From Octopus sinensis (lineage: Eukaryota), in NCBI RefSeq assembly GCF_006345805.1, contig NC_043009.1:52390001-52454000 (forward strand): 64,000 nucleotides of DNA, written 5' to 3'. The notes below the pieces were generated by a model that ran no database searches, was not told where the DNA came from, and worked only from the letters and a program-made list of their open reading frames with translations. Positions 1-12,700 of this stretch are shown piece after piece. The stretch's first letter is position 1. Every line of letters starts with the position of its first letter. The translations under genes and the position numbers were made by a program.

Positions 1-404
1 GAAAAGTGAACAAAACGTAACAACACCCACAGAATCCTACATGTATACACATTTATTATGAACACATGTAAGATACTCAACGAAAGACACAAATACACAA
101 ACATGAAATTGTGTACAGATCAAGCGACTTGATAAATAGACACATAAAGAAAGCCATTGAAGAAATGGGATGGAGAAGAATACCTATAGTAAATATAGTA
201 GCGAAAGAGCCCAAGTCATTGGTTGTGTGGTTAAGAAGCTGGCTATGCAAATGTTTTGGTTTCGGGTTTCAATACCAAAGTACGGCAACTGAGGGTAAAC
301 TGCTTTTTTTTTTATATAATTTAACTCAGGGTTGATCATTGGATTGTGTAAGAAATTCGTCGTCAGCAATTATGTGCTGCCTGTGTGAAGTTTTAATCTT
401 TGAC

Positions 405-530
405 GTGCTTCAGGTATTGCACTGCGGCCATGCTGGAGCACTGCCTTGAAACATTTAGCTCGACAAATAAACTCTGCTACCTATTTTAAAGTCTGCTAGT
501 TAAGTATTATATACTCACGTCACTTTTGCC
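405..530 (-). mobile_element. Degraded 3' part of SINE family B
   Basis: CTGCGGCCATGCTGGAGCACTGCCTT matches the reverse complement of the family B tail seen intact at 51600-51672. Confidence 0.45.
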
Positions 531-606
531 GACCCCCCCCCCAAATTATGTGACCGAAGACAGAACATCACTCTTTGTCAAACGGTGAGGTAGGACGAAC
601 ACATGC

Positions 607-613
<7 letters not shown>

Positions 614-659
<46 letters not shown>

Positions 660-1065
660 CACTCTCTCTCTTTCCCTCTGTTTCTCCTCCGTCTATCACT
701 CACATACACACGCACATATATGCATGTACATATAAAAATGCATATATATATATATATATATATATATGCGTATATACATATATATATATATATATACATA
801 TATATGTGTGTGTATGTATATACATATATACACACACACACATATATTTACATGTATATATATATATGCATACACACATACACACATGTATACATACATA
901 TTTACGATTTGGTCTCACGGCGGGATAGCACTTATACTTGCATACCTATTTTGTGACTATACGTGTTTGCATAAGCGTATGTGTGTTTGTATAAGTGTGT
1001 GTGTGGGTGTGTGTTTGTGTGTGTCTGCGTGTGTGTATTTGTTTGTGATTGTTATCGCGTGGAAG
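614..1065. repeat. Compound microsatellite (CT)n/(TA)n/(CA)n/(TG)n
   Basis: Dinucleotide runs directly visible; explains the overlapping SL/YI/CV ORFs. Confidence 0.95.
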
Positions 1066-1149
1066 AGGTAGCATATATTTGCGAAAACGTGTACATAAGC
1101 ATATATTTGCGTACATGTGTCCATAAGCATTCAGTCTATATAAATTGTT

Positions 1150-1500
1150 AATATGATGCCCTATTACCTGTGTTTCCTAGGTTAACCATAATTATTATCG
1201 GCACACAATTTATTAATCTCCTTTCATACTATTAGGAACATTTTATTATTTTATGAAAGTTTTATATCTTCACCAATATTAAAGTTTTTATTGCTGCAGT
1301 TTAGCACAGAATATTAATCTGGATATCTCATGAGAATAAGAGCTTAATAAACTGCAATCTATGCACCGCTGTTTCACATCTTACTGTGTATAGAATTCGG
1401 ATCGTAGAGATTCTTAAAGAGCGTTGGATCAGAGTTCAGACTACATAATCGATGGAATAACTGGTTGTTTGAATCATAATATGTCTCTACTATATTTAGA
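1150..1500 (-). mobile_element. Possible highly degraded Penelope-like RT C-terminal remnant
   Basis: Manual minus-strand translation gives LIQRSLRIS...LQFIKLLFS...RYPD across frameshifts, weakly like the PLE motif LxxRAxRICS...IKxxxxxNGYP. Confidence 0.25.
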
Positions 1501-2654
1501 CCCGTAACGTTTGTTTTCAATTTCTACAAGGGCCAACTATGTGTTTCGCCCTTCATTTATAATTGATAATATATGTATCGGTTTTAAGCGCTGTATTTCT
1601 GTCAGTTACAGAAATAGCCTCCAAAATTTACACTGGTGTATATAAGATACAAATAATATTATTTTACCAAAAGATTAAGAAGGACTTAAGAGCGGTACTA
1701 TCTTCAAAATTACCGAGACTATTAAAAACTGAAAAACTGTTATCTTTAATGAGAATTTACAACTGGGGCTGTTCAAAAGCTGTTCTCCAAGAATGCCTGT
1801 ATATCTGCGGATACTATGAAACAAACAACCCATAACACTAAATGAAAGTCATACATTTGTGTGCATATTGCGTGGCAACAAATATATATATATATATATA
1901 TCTATAATATATATATATATATATATATATTACCGTTGATTTTCATTTCATTTCGAATGGATTGCTGGGGCCAATCATTGTATAAATGTCAGTAGATCAT
2001 TAGGGTATTCTTTACCAAAATTCTTTCTGTAGATACTTCCTCTATTGGGAACTGTCTTGCACTCCATAAGCATATTAGTTTCATTCTTATCCTATTCAAT
2101 CCTTCGGCTATCCAATTCGTATCTTTGTCTTGAGAAGTTAAGAATTTCTGTGGATATCTGTCACCTTTCCCGAGTACTCATCGTTTCTTTTCTAGTGTCT
2201 ACCTTACCTCTCTGTTCTCAATCATTTTTCACTTGTTTTATTTCTTTGAACTGACCCAGCTATGCAACATATATTGGGTCCCGAATATCACAAGAAGATT
2301 TCGAGAGTCGGCTCCTGATTCGACATCTTTCGGAATCAAGATGATTACCTGCATAGTGTTACATATACGACAAGTGGTATTATTGAAGCCACGGTCTTGG
2401 AGAACAGTTACTCTTGATACTGAATCTCCTTTCGTTGATGCTCTTCCTGCATCCATTCGTTTCACGGATCTGGAACAGAACCGTGGTCTTCGGTCGAAAT
2501 AAGTGCTGCAACCGTAAACCTTTTTTTTTCTGTCACGCTGCACTCAACCCCTTCTCCATCTTGCACTACAAATGTGAAAATGAGATAAAGTTCACGATGA
2601 CTTTCAGTCTTGTATTTTTCCATTTTATCATCTATTGCCAGGTAAGAGTCATGA

Positions 2655-2659
2655 TTACC

Positions 2660-2723
<64 letters not shown>

Positions 2724-2746
2724 CAACAACAACAACAACAACAACA
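2655..2746. repeat. (AAT)n(AAC)n microsatellite
   Basis: Directly visible. Confidence 0.95.
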
Positions 2747-2766
2747 TCAATCCTTTCTACTATAGG

Positions 2767-2946
2767 CAGAAGGCCTGAAATTGGTGGAGATGGGGTTGAT
2801 CGATTCCCACGTCAATTACCAGTTTATAAATGGTATTTAATTTATCGATCTCGAAAATATGAATGGCAAAGTTGACGTCGTCGGAATTTGAACTCACAAC
2901 ATAAAGACGGACGATATGCCGCTAAGCAATTTTTTGCGGCATATTA
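2767..2946 (-). mobile_element. SINE family A (tRNA-derived), diverged
   Basis: ATTTAATTTATCGATCTCGAAAATATGAATGGCAAAGTTGACGTCGTCGGAATTTGAACTCA aligns to the family A core at 22666-22732. Confidence 0.75.
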
Positions 2947-2959
2947 ATCGCAGATTAAT

Positions 2960-3012
<53 letters not shown>

Positions 3013-3083
3013 TAATAATGATGATAATAATAATAATAATATTAATAATAATAGTAATAATAATAGTAATAATAATAATAATA
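2960..3083. repeat. (AAT)n microsatellite
   Basis: Directly visible. Confidence 0.95.
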
Positions 3084-3114
3084 GCTTCAAATGTTAACAC
3101 GATTAGCAGTGTTT

Positions 3115-3290
3115 GATAGAAGGAGGAAAGCGATTACATCGCTCTCAGTATTTGACTGGTTATTACTTTATTGGCCCCGAGTTGATGAAAGACAATGTCG
3201 ACCTGAATTTGAACCGAGAATGTAAAGACGGGCGAAATGCCACCGAGTTTTTCGTCCGGCATACTAACACTTCTGCCAACCCACCAACTT
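3115..3290 (-). mobile_element. SINE family A, diverged
   Basis: CGATTACATCG...GATGAAAGACAATGTCGACCTGAATTTGAAC...CTAACACTTCTGCCAAC matches family A. Confidence 0.7.
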
Positions 3291-3339
3291 TTCACGATTT
3301 CTTCGAAACAAAGACTTAACAATGGGCCAGGGGCTGTGA

Positions 3340-3680
3340 TAAGAGTCGTACGGTTTTATGAGATTTCCACATAAACAACGACAAACTATTGAAGTAAGAT
3401 TATGATTATAGAAGATAAAAACATGAAACAAATATGTAAGATCATAGACATTGTAAATCTTAGTAAATACAACGGCCTGGAAATTGAAATACAAAACATG
3501 CGGCATCTTAAAGCAAATACTGTTCCTGTTATTGTTGGTACATTAGGTATGATACAAAAATTAATGTCAGAAACATCTAGACAACATTGCAGGGGAACTA
3601 TACCTCAAAGAAGTGCAAAAGGTTCTGCTGACAAGTACAGCCTACATCCTTAGAAACACCCTGTCAATTCAAGTGTCTGA
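3340..3680 (+). mobile_element. R4/Dong-type non-LTR retrotransposon 3' fragment (restriction-like endonuclease end)
   Basis: IIEDKNMKQICKIIDI..LSKYNGLEIEIQNMRHLKANTVPVIVGTLGMI, then EVQKVLLTSTAYILRNTLS in another frame; homologous to the RLE C-terminus of the copies at 58.8-62.3 kb. Confidence 0.75.
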
Positions 3681-3954
3681 GTTGTATTACATGTAGATAT
3701 TTTGTTACTATCTCTGCCAAGTCCCCCAACAATCCCAAGCTTTTAGTGATTCTGTAACATCTCTTATCCTTCACTTAGCCTGCTTCGCTGGGTGTGTCTT
3801 GACAAGTGTTTGCAACAAACATGTAGATTTAAAGTAAATAACAACAAACAACAGCAAAATATCTGCCAAATGTAAATAGTGTAAATAATGTATATAATTC
3901 CTCATTTCTTAAATATAGAACTGAACAACAATATAATAATAAAACATAACAATT

Positions 3955-3989
<35 letters not shown>

Positions 3990-4012
3990 AGTGGTGGTGG
4001 TGGTTTTTGGTG

Positions 4013-4232
4013 GTGATGGACTCACCCATCGAAGACGACCTGTGGACGTTCATCTTTTACTGGACGACCTGCACAAATGATCGGTTTATAGTGATCAAAT
4101 GCCCGTACCGCACATCAGCTCAATTTCACCATCAAATCGACATAGTCTGAATGGGTGCACTGTGTACCACGCATCAGATGTCGAAGCGATCAGGAGACCA
4201 AAGTGAGACGAAATTTTTGCTCAAGAACAGAA
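4013..4232 (-). mobile_element. SINE family C body (5'-truncated)
   Basis: ...GATCAGGAGACCAAAGTGAGACGAAATTTTTGCTCAAGAAC reads as the reverse of a TTCTTGAGCAA core-like SINE segment; recognised from memory as an octopus repeat. Confidence 0.45.
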
Positions 4233-4462
4233 AGAACAAGTCTAGGAATTGTGCAACACACTAACTACTAAGCTACGCACCCTCACAATAATAATTTCCT
4301 ATATTAGCCACAGGGTTTATACGAAGAAGATATCACAAGGTCATTCAACAATTTGTGTGGGGGATAACACTAAAAACGAGAGGAAAGAAATGGAAAAAGA
4401 AGGAGTAATCGATAAAAGAATACATAGTAAATGCTTCAAACTTTGGCACAAGGTAATTGGTG

Positions 4463-4610
4463 AAAGTAATCGATACAATCTACTAAACTACTTGATTGGT
4501 ATTTTTATTTTATCCATCCCCAAACAGATGAAAGGCAAAGTTGGCCTTGACGGGATTGCAGCGAAGAGCGTAATGTTACACAGGAAACACCGCAGGATAT
4601 TTTGTACGGC
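4463..4610 (-). mobile_element. SINE family A, very degraded
   Basis: GATGAAAGGCAAAGTTGGCCTTGACGGGATT resembles the family A core. Confidence 0.5.
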
Positions 4611-4875
4611 GATGGTGACGTTGACATCGATGACGGCGACAACGACAAAGACGACGCTGATGATGATAAAGAGGATCAGGATTATGAAGTTGATTACTAC
4701 AGCGATGTTGACGATGATGACAATGATGATGAGGAGGAGAAGGAGAAGGAGAAGGAGGAGGAGGGATATTAGGAGGAGGACGACGATGATCATGATGGCG
4801 TGGAAAAGAATGATGATGTGGATGGTGATGATGATGATAATGATGACAACGACGATGATGACGATGATGACGCTG
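4610..4875. repeat. Degenerate (GAT/GAC/GAG)n trinucleotide low-complexity tract
   Basis: Directly visible; acidic frame is interrupted by TAG at ~4770. Confidence 0.85.
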
Positions 4876-4908
4876 GTTACAAGTTAGTATAAGACGTAAT
4901 TAGCAGTT

Positions 4909-4910
<2 letters not shown>

Positions 4911-4982
<72 letters not shown>

Positions 4983-5062
4983 CACATAGATGGGTAGATA
5001 GATAGATAGATAGATAGAAAGACAGATAGATAGATAGATAATAGATAGATTATCGATCGATC

Positions 5063-5126
<64 letters not shown>

Positions 5127-5215
5127 GATCGATCGATAGATAGATATAGATATATACATATAGATATATACATATATATATACATATAGATATATACATA
5201 TATACATATATACAT
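4911..5215. repeat. (TA)n/(GATA)n microsatellite
   Basis: Directly visible. Confidence 0.95.
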
Positions 5216-5549
5216 TATAGGTATAAGAATCCCCCCGCAGCGATATTATCGTATATATTAACTAGAGCTTTATACAATAATAAAATTTCTTTAGACAAGT
5301 GTAACATAATATTAAATAGCACTTGGGGGCAATAGAAGAGAGAAATATAAGTAAGAGTATGGCAAAGCTTTCCTAACGCTTAATAGTCTATAATTATTGA
5401 TTCTGTATGGCAAAATGTCTCAATCTATTCGAATAATTCTACATTGAATGATACCATTGGACATGGAGACAGAATTGAGGGAATCATAGCTAATTTATTA
5501 GGATAAATTGTGTATTATACGATATAATTTTCTTTGTGTAATAGAACGC

Positions 5550-5558
5550 TTGTATGTA

Positions 5559-5631
<73 letters not shown>

Positions 5632-5742
5632 CTATGTAGGTATACACAAACGTAGGTATGAATATGTATATGTATACGCATGTATATAAATGTTTATATA
5701 TTTATGTATGCATACACACATGCACATGTAAATGGTTACAGC

Positions 5743-5775
<33 letters not shown>

Positions 5776-5880
5776 GTATATATAGTTTATATATGTATGT
5801 ATGTACGTATGTATGCATGTTTGTATGTATATATGTATGCATGTATTTATGTGTGTGTGTGTGTGTGTGTGTGTATGTAT
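5550..5880. repeat. (TA)n/(TATG)n/(TG)n compound microsatellite
   Basis: Directly visible. Confidence 0.9.
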
Positions 5881-6769
5881 CACAAATGCTAACTGTAACT
5901 GGATTACTGGTAAGTTCCGACAGTTGACAGAAGTTGTTTTGTGTCATCATTCACAGATCTATATCTGCCATGCTCACAGCGAATCTAGTGATTCTTATAG
6001 GACGAACACCACTATAGAATTTTATATTTTGCTGTTACCTTTTCATGTAATGAGGACCGTTGATATTATAGCCCTAGCATCCTCCTTAGAGAATTGCAAT
6101 AGGAAAAGTTGTGAATGTGCAAGGAGGTTAACAGAAATATGCATGTGGACGGCATAAGGTAACGGTGTCTGGTAACTGGAATTGATAGGAGGCCGCTGTG
6201 TCATAAGCAGTTTAATTAACAACCTCTCTGGTGAGTCATCTGGAGAAATGTCATAAACGGTTTCTGAAATATCATAAAAGGTTTCTGATTTCTTAGAAAT
6301 TTGCCGTTGACTCTTAGGACGCTCACATTCACATGAAAGAATAAGTGGACACATTTCCTCAGGTTTATCGTTTGAGAGTATATCTTTATAAACTCAAACT
6401 ACGAAATTCAGTAGTCGTATTTTATAATGTACATTATTTGTATAATACTCAGGATTTATTACGAAGTGACTCCGATTTTTCTTTTACCACTTTATTGTTG
6501 TTTGGGAAATTTTTTCAAGTTGTGCCGTTCACAAAATGGCTGACGTATTCGGGGTCCTTCAAAGAAAGAAGTTCTGCCACAGTTTCTCATCTGCTGGGTT
6601 TACTGTATCCGTGTTTCGCTCAGGAAAAGGGACTATATTTTGGCACTTCATTATGTATGAAATTGTGGACAATATCCTCAGTTTAGGGTTATGAAATGAT
6701 GAGGGAATGATCACATACACACACACAATACATTGCATGCGCATGCAAATGTATTTATCAACACCTATT

Positions 6770-6819
6770 TATATATATGTGTGTGCGTGTGTGCACACAG
6801 ACACAGACACACACGCGCG

Positions 6820-6870
<51 letters not shown>

Positions 6871-6976
6871 TATCTTCCCGCCTATCCATTTGACTATGAA
6901 TATATATGAACGAATGTTTGTGCGTGAATGAATATTACATTTGCACACACACACACACACCATATAATATGTACAT

Positions 6977-7048
<72 letters not shown>
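6770..7048. repeat. (CA)n/(TA)n microsatellites
   Basis: Directly visible. Confidence 0.9.
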
Positions 7049-7050
<2 letters not shown>

Positions 7051-7539
7051 GTAGTATGTTTATTCCTCATCTAACAAGTTGATCAATAAATTGATCTCCG
7101 TTCACATGTCTCTGTCCTGTCTTGTTATAATTTAGCCTACAGCACCAGAGAAATTACGTTGTTACATTTCTAGCTAACGATATGATTATGTCCAAACCAA
7201 ATTAGTTGATTGGCTGGATTCTTCAGGTCATTCCATTACCTCAACTTGGATGCTTCTTTATCACTGTGTTATTGATTTTCTTTTTCTTCCATTTATCGAA
7301 AACCTAATATTCCTTCATACGAGATATAATAAACCGTGGAGAGTATATAATGTTTCGAGATTATGATATGGTCCGAATCCCTAGTTGAAAGTCATTTTAA
7401 TGTGTATGTGTTGGTAATGTTGGTGATGCTGTATATGGTTGACCTTTATGATGACCAGTTTCTATTTCCATATTAGACATGTCCTATGGATTCTGTCTAC
7501 AGGACACAAACATACAAAAATAATTATTTTTATTTATAT

Positions 7540-8320
7540 TAACGGTGGTGAAAACTTTTTGTTAGAGTCCAAGATGCAGTGATATGATGTTGAACTATTG
7601 ATGGAAGTCTGTAATTTGACTCTGTCCCACTGCTAACATTCTGACCACAACTAATATCTTGGTTACTATCAAAGTTGTCTTGGCCATAAATATCTCCATC
7701 AATGTATCACGATTGCTTTATGAGCCTCATCGACCATCTGATCAACTATCGACAACTTTATCATGAGGAAAATTCTAAACTCTATAACGACTTCACAACT
7801 ATAAGAGTTATAACAATCATCTAAGACTTAGGTACTCTCTTCACTAATACGTGATTCTGAGATTGATCCCACTGCATTGCACTGTACTGAGGACCATTAC
7901 CTGTGAATGTAATTTTTTAAAGGGAACATGTGTTTTTGCTGATGCCCTTTCAGATTTTGGACGGTACATGTACACCGTAGCTTGTTTTAGTTCTGCCTCT
8001 ATGGCACAGGATTAGTTTGATGCCAACCACCCTGTTACTAGTTTCGCCATCAATCTCAAAAGGATTCGAAAATGGTTTCAGGTGCTTCCATTTCTACACT
8101 GACTAGCTCATTATAAGTTCCCAAGATTATTTAAATCTCAACCAGAATCGCTGTGTTGATAACTAATTACAACAAGCAAACTGCAATCAAACTGGTGAGA
8201 AACAATCCATATGATTCTCTATATGTGTTGAACATAGTCAAATCTCTCTAAAATCATGATTAAATCGTCACTATTAGATGTGACACATTTGACAATGTAC
8301 GCAGCAGTAGACTATTTTCG
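7540..8320 (+). mobile_element. Possible degraded Ty3/Gypsy pol (RNase H end) remnant
   Basis: AAG GGA ACA TGT GTT TTT GCT GAT GCC CTT TCA = KGTCVFADALS at ~7920-7952, resembling GKxNxxADALSR; remainder has many stops. Confidence 0.35.
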
Positions 8321-8331
8321 AAAAATAAATT

Positions 8332-8497
8332 AGAAGGAGGCATGGTTCTGTGGTAAAAAGCTTGTTTACCAACCACATGGTTCCGGGTTCAGTCCCACTG
8401 CGTGGCACTATGAGCAAGCGTCTTTTACTACAGCCTCGGTCCACCCAAACCCTTTGATGGAATTTGGTTGACGGAAAGTGAAAGAAGTCTATCGTAT
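8332..8497 (+). mobile_element. SINE family B head (tRNA-like A/B boxes plus CORE-like region)
   Basis: TGTGGTAAAAAGCTTG...GGTTCCGGGTTCAGTCCCACTGCGTGGCAC...GACGGAAAGTGAAAGAAG matches 51224-51390. Confidence 0.8.
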
Positions 8498-8500
8498 AAA

Positions 8501-8540
<40 letters not shown>

Positions 8541-8791
8541 CCTTCGAAACGTAGAGTAGATGAAACCTTAGCGACTGAAGAAGGGGTTTTTTCGTTGTGT
8601 TAAATGTCCTGTACTCCATTTTTTGTTGTTTAAAAAAAATGTCCAGTTCCTTTGTTTTGTGTCTATGTTTTCGTTTCTCTTTGTGTTCGACGTCCCTTTG
8701 GTGTCCTGTACTCATATATGCGTGTATATGTACATGTAGAGGTAGGTACGTACATATACGTTTATATATATGCATATGTTTTATTCATTTA

Positions 8792-8841
<50 letters not shown>

Positions 8842-9035
8842 CCCGCCTATCTATTTATCCAAAAAACTGAATTATTATTGAAATTTATTAGATACTTTGT
8901 ATATTTTTAAATAAATATATAAATGTATGATAAATAAGACCCCAAGGTACGATATGCAGATGCATGTAATGCTGAAGGGTTGTACCTGATTGATTTGGGA
9001 ATTCGATTTCCCAAATTGTTTAAATTATATATATA

Positions 9036-9111
<76 letters not shown>

Positions 9112-9127
9112 TTGTTTGTTTGTTTGT

Positions 9128-9320
9128 ATGTCTGTATCTGTCCCTTCACCATTGCTTGACAATCAATGTTGGTATGTTTAATGAGCGGATCGGCAAAAGA
9201 AACCGATAGAATAAGTACTGTGCTTACAAGAATAAGTCGTGTAGTTGATTTCTTCGACTAAATGTGGAGCTCCAACATGGCCGCAGACAAGTGACTGAAA
9301 CAAATGAAAGAATAAAAGAA
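9128..9320 (+). mobile_element. SINE family B tail
   Basis: GCTTGACAATCAATGTTGG...CCGATAGAATAAGTACT...CTCCAACATGGCCGCAG matches 51490-51672. Confidence 0.75.
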
Positions 9321-9654
9321 GAATAAGGATCAAGATAAGCTTAGAACTAAAAAAAAAAAAACGCGTTGTCTTAAATAAAGAGAGCATAGCCTCGGCATGG
9401 TCTTGGTTAGAATATCCTTGATCATCAATTTGTTCCATCAATTGCGACAAGAGGAAAAGCAACATCAGTGACGGCATCAGCATTCTGCCGATTATTGTAT
9501 ACGCCATGATGAAAATAAACGTAATGCATTAAGGCTAACTATAGCAGTTGGACGAATATTGGAGAAGAAATGAATACAAAATATAGTCAAATTTAGTAAC
9601 CTCCGTTTAAATCGCTCGATAAATCTTAAGACAGTAGCGTGAAAATTGATCTTT

Positions 9655-9754
9655 NNNNNNNNNNNNNNNNNNNNNNNNNNNNNNNNNNNNNNNNNNNNNN
9701 NNNNNNNNNNNNNNNNNNNNNNNNNNNNNNNNNNNNNNNNNNNNNNNNNNNNNN
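9655..9754. other. Assembly gap (100 N)
   Basis: Run of exactly 100 N, a typical placeholder for unknown gap size. Confidence 1.
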
Positions 9755-12700
9755 GGGGGATTTGAGAGGTGAAGGGGAGGAAGGGGAGAAAGGAATGTTG
9801 AACATTCCAGAGAGGGGGATTTGAGAGGAGAATGGGAGGAAGGTTGTGGAAGGAATGTTGAACATTCCAGAGAGGGGGATTTAGAGGAGAGGAGGAGGAG
9901 GAAGGGGAGGGAGGAATGTTGAACATTCCAGAGAGGGGGATTTGAGAGGAGATGGGGAGGAAGGGGAGGAAGGAGTGTTGAACATTCCAGAGAGGGGGAT
10001 TTTAGAGGAGAAGGGGAGGAAGAGGGAGGGGAGGAATGTTGAACATTCCAGTGGGGGATTTAAGAGGAGAAGGGGAGGAAGGGGAGGAAGGATTGTTGAA
10101 CATTCCAGAGAGGGGGATTTTAGAGGAGAAGGGGAGGAAGGGGAGGGAGGAATTTTGAACATTCCAGAGAGGGGTATTTGAGAGGAGAATGGGAGGAAGG
10201 GGTGGGAGGAATGTTGAACATTCCAGAGAGGGGGGTTTGAGAGGAGAATGTGAGGAAGGTGTGGGAGGAATGTTGAACATTCCGAGGGGGGATTTGATTG
10301 AGGTGAAGGTGAGGAAGGGAAGGGGAAAGAAAGGAATGTTCAACATTCCTGAGAGGGGGTTTTAGAGGAGAAGGGGATGAGGGGGTGGGAGGAATGTTGA
10401 ACATTCCAGAGAGGGGGATTGATTGAGAGGAAGGGGAGGAGGGGAGGAAGGATTGTTGAACATTCCAGATAGGGGGATTTCAGAGGAGAAGGGGAGGAAG
10501 GGGAGGAGAGGATTGATTGTGAACATTCCAGAGAGGGGGATTTTAGAGGAGAAGGGGAGGAAGGGGAGGGAGGAATGTTGAACATTCCAGAGAGGGGGAT
10601 TTGAGAGGTGGAAGGGGGGAGAGGAAGGGGAGAAAGGAATGTTGAACATTCCAGAGAGGGAGGGGATTTGAGGAGATGGGAGAAGGGGAGGAAGGTGTGC
10701 AAGGAATGTTGAACATTCCAGAGAGGGGGATTTTAGAGAAGAAGGGGAGGAAGGGGAGGGGGAGGAATGTTGAACATTCCAGCGAGGGGGATTTGAGAGG
10801 AGAAGGGGAGGAAGGGGAGGAAGGATTGTTGAACATTCCAGAGAGGGGGGATTTGAGAGGAGAAGGGGAGGAAGGGGAGGGAGGAATGTTGAACATTCCA
10901 GAGTGGGGTATTTGAGAAGAGAAGGGGAGGAAGGGGAGGGGAAGGATTGTTGAACATTCCAGAGAGGGGGGGGATTTTAGAGGAGAAGGGGAAGAAGGGG
11001 AGGGAGGATGTTGAACATTCCAGAGGGGGGATTTAGAGGAGAAGGGGGGAAGGGGAGGGAGGAGGAAGTTCAACATACCATAGAGGGGGGTTATAGAGGA
11101 GAAGGGGAGGAAGGGGAGGAAGGATTGTTGAACATTCCAGAGAGAGGGGGATTTTAGAGGGGGAGGGGAGGAAGGGAGGGAGGAATGTTGAACATTCCAG
11201 AGAGGGGGTTGAGAGGAGAAGGGGAGGAAGGGGAGGGAGGAATGCTGAACATTCCAGAGAGGGGTATTTGAGAGGTGAAGGGGAGGAAGGGGGGAGAAAG
11301 GAATGTTGAACATTCCAGAGAGGGGTGATTTGAGAGGAGAATGGGAGGAAGGGTGTGCAAGGAATGTTGAACATTCCAGAGAGGGGGGATTTTAGAGGAG
11401 AAGAGGGAGGGGAGGGAGAGGAGGAGGAATGTTGAACATTCCAGAGGGGGATGGATTTGAGAGAGAAGGGGAGGAAGGGGAGGAAGGATTGTTGAACATT
11501 CCAGAGAGGGGGATTTTAGAGAGAAGGGGAGGAAGGGGAGGGAGGAATGTTGAACATTCCAGAGAGGGGGATTTGAGAGGAGAAGGGGAGGAAGGGGAAG
11601 GAAGGATTGTTGAACATTCCAGAGAGGGGATTTTAGAGGAGAAGGGGAGGAAGGGAGGAGGGAATGGAATGTTGAACATTCCAGAGAGGGGGATTTGAGA
11701 GGAGAATGGGAGGAAGGGGTGGGAGGAATGTTGAACATTCCAGAGAGGGGGATTGAGAGGTGAAGGGGAGGAAGGGGAGAAAGGAATGTTGAACATTCCA
11801 GAGAGGGGGATTTGAGAGGAGAATGGGAGGAAGGTGTGGAAGGAATGTTGAACGTTCCAGAGAGGGGGTTTTTTTTAGAGGAGAAGGGGAGGAAGGGGAG
11901 GGAGGAATGTTGAACATTCCAGAGAGGGGGATTTGAGAGGAGAAGGGGAGGAAGGGGAGGAAGGGGTTGAACATTCCAGAGAGGGGATTTTAGAGGAGAG
12001 GAGGAAAGGGAGGAGGAAGGGAGGATGAATGTTGAACATTCCAGAGAGGGGTATTTGAGAGGAGAATGGGAGGAAGGGGGGTGGAGGAATGTTGAACATT
12101 CCAGAGGGGGGGTTTGAGAGGAGAATGTGAGGAAGGGTGTGGGAGGAATGTTGAACATTCCAGAGAGGGGGATTTGAGAGGTGAAGGTGAGGAAGGGGAG
12201 AAAGGAATGTTCAACATTCCTGAGAGGGGGTTTTAGAGCAGAAGGGGATGAAGGGGTGGGAGGAATGTTGAACATTCCAGAGAGGGGGATTTGAGAGGAG
12301 AAGGGGAGGAAGGGGAGGAAGGATTGTTGAACATTCCAGATAGGGGTATTTCAGAGGAGAAGGGGAGGAAGGGGAGGAAGGATTGTTGAACATTCCAGAT
12401 AGGGGAATATTAGAGGAGAAGGGGAGGAAGAGGAGGGAGGAATGTTGAACATTCCAGAGAGGGGGATTTGAGAGGAGAAGGGGAGGAAGGGGAGGAAGGA
12501 TTGTTGAACATTCCAGAGAGGGGGGATTTTGAGGAGAAGGGGAGGAAGGGAGGGAGGAATGTTGAACATTCCAGAGAGGGGGATTTGAGAGGAGAATGGG
12601 ATGAAGGGGTGGGAGGAATGTTGAACATTCCAGAGAGGGTGATTTGAGAGGTGAAGGGGAGGAAGGGGAGGGAGGATTGTTGAACATTCCAGAGAGGGGG

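Noticed and set aside
2238-2543. Overlapping 89-153 aa ORFs of moderate complexity
   Set aside because: No recognisable family; no convincing splice sites.
4610-4875. Acidic D/E-rich coding exon
   Set aside because: In-frame TAG and typical microsatellite decay pattern.
6043-6686. 103-113 aa ORFs as possible host exons
   Set aside because: No recognisable motif or exon boundary; may be an old TE.
9178-9507. Minus ORF MAYTIIGRMLMPSLMLLFLLSQ... with a signal-peptide-like start
   Set aside because: Runs into poly-T and a SINE tail; no splice signals or homology recognised; short enough to be chance.
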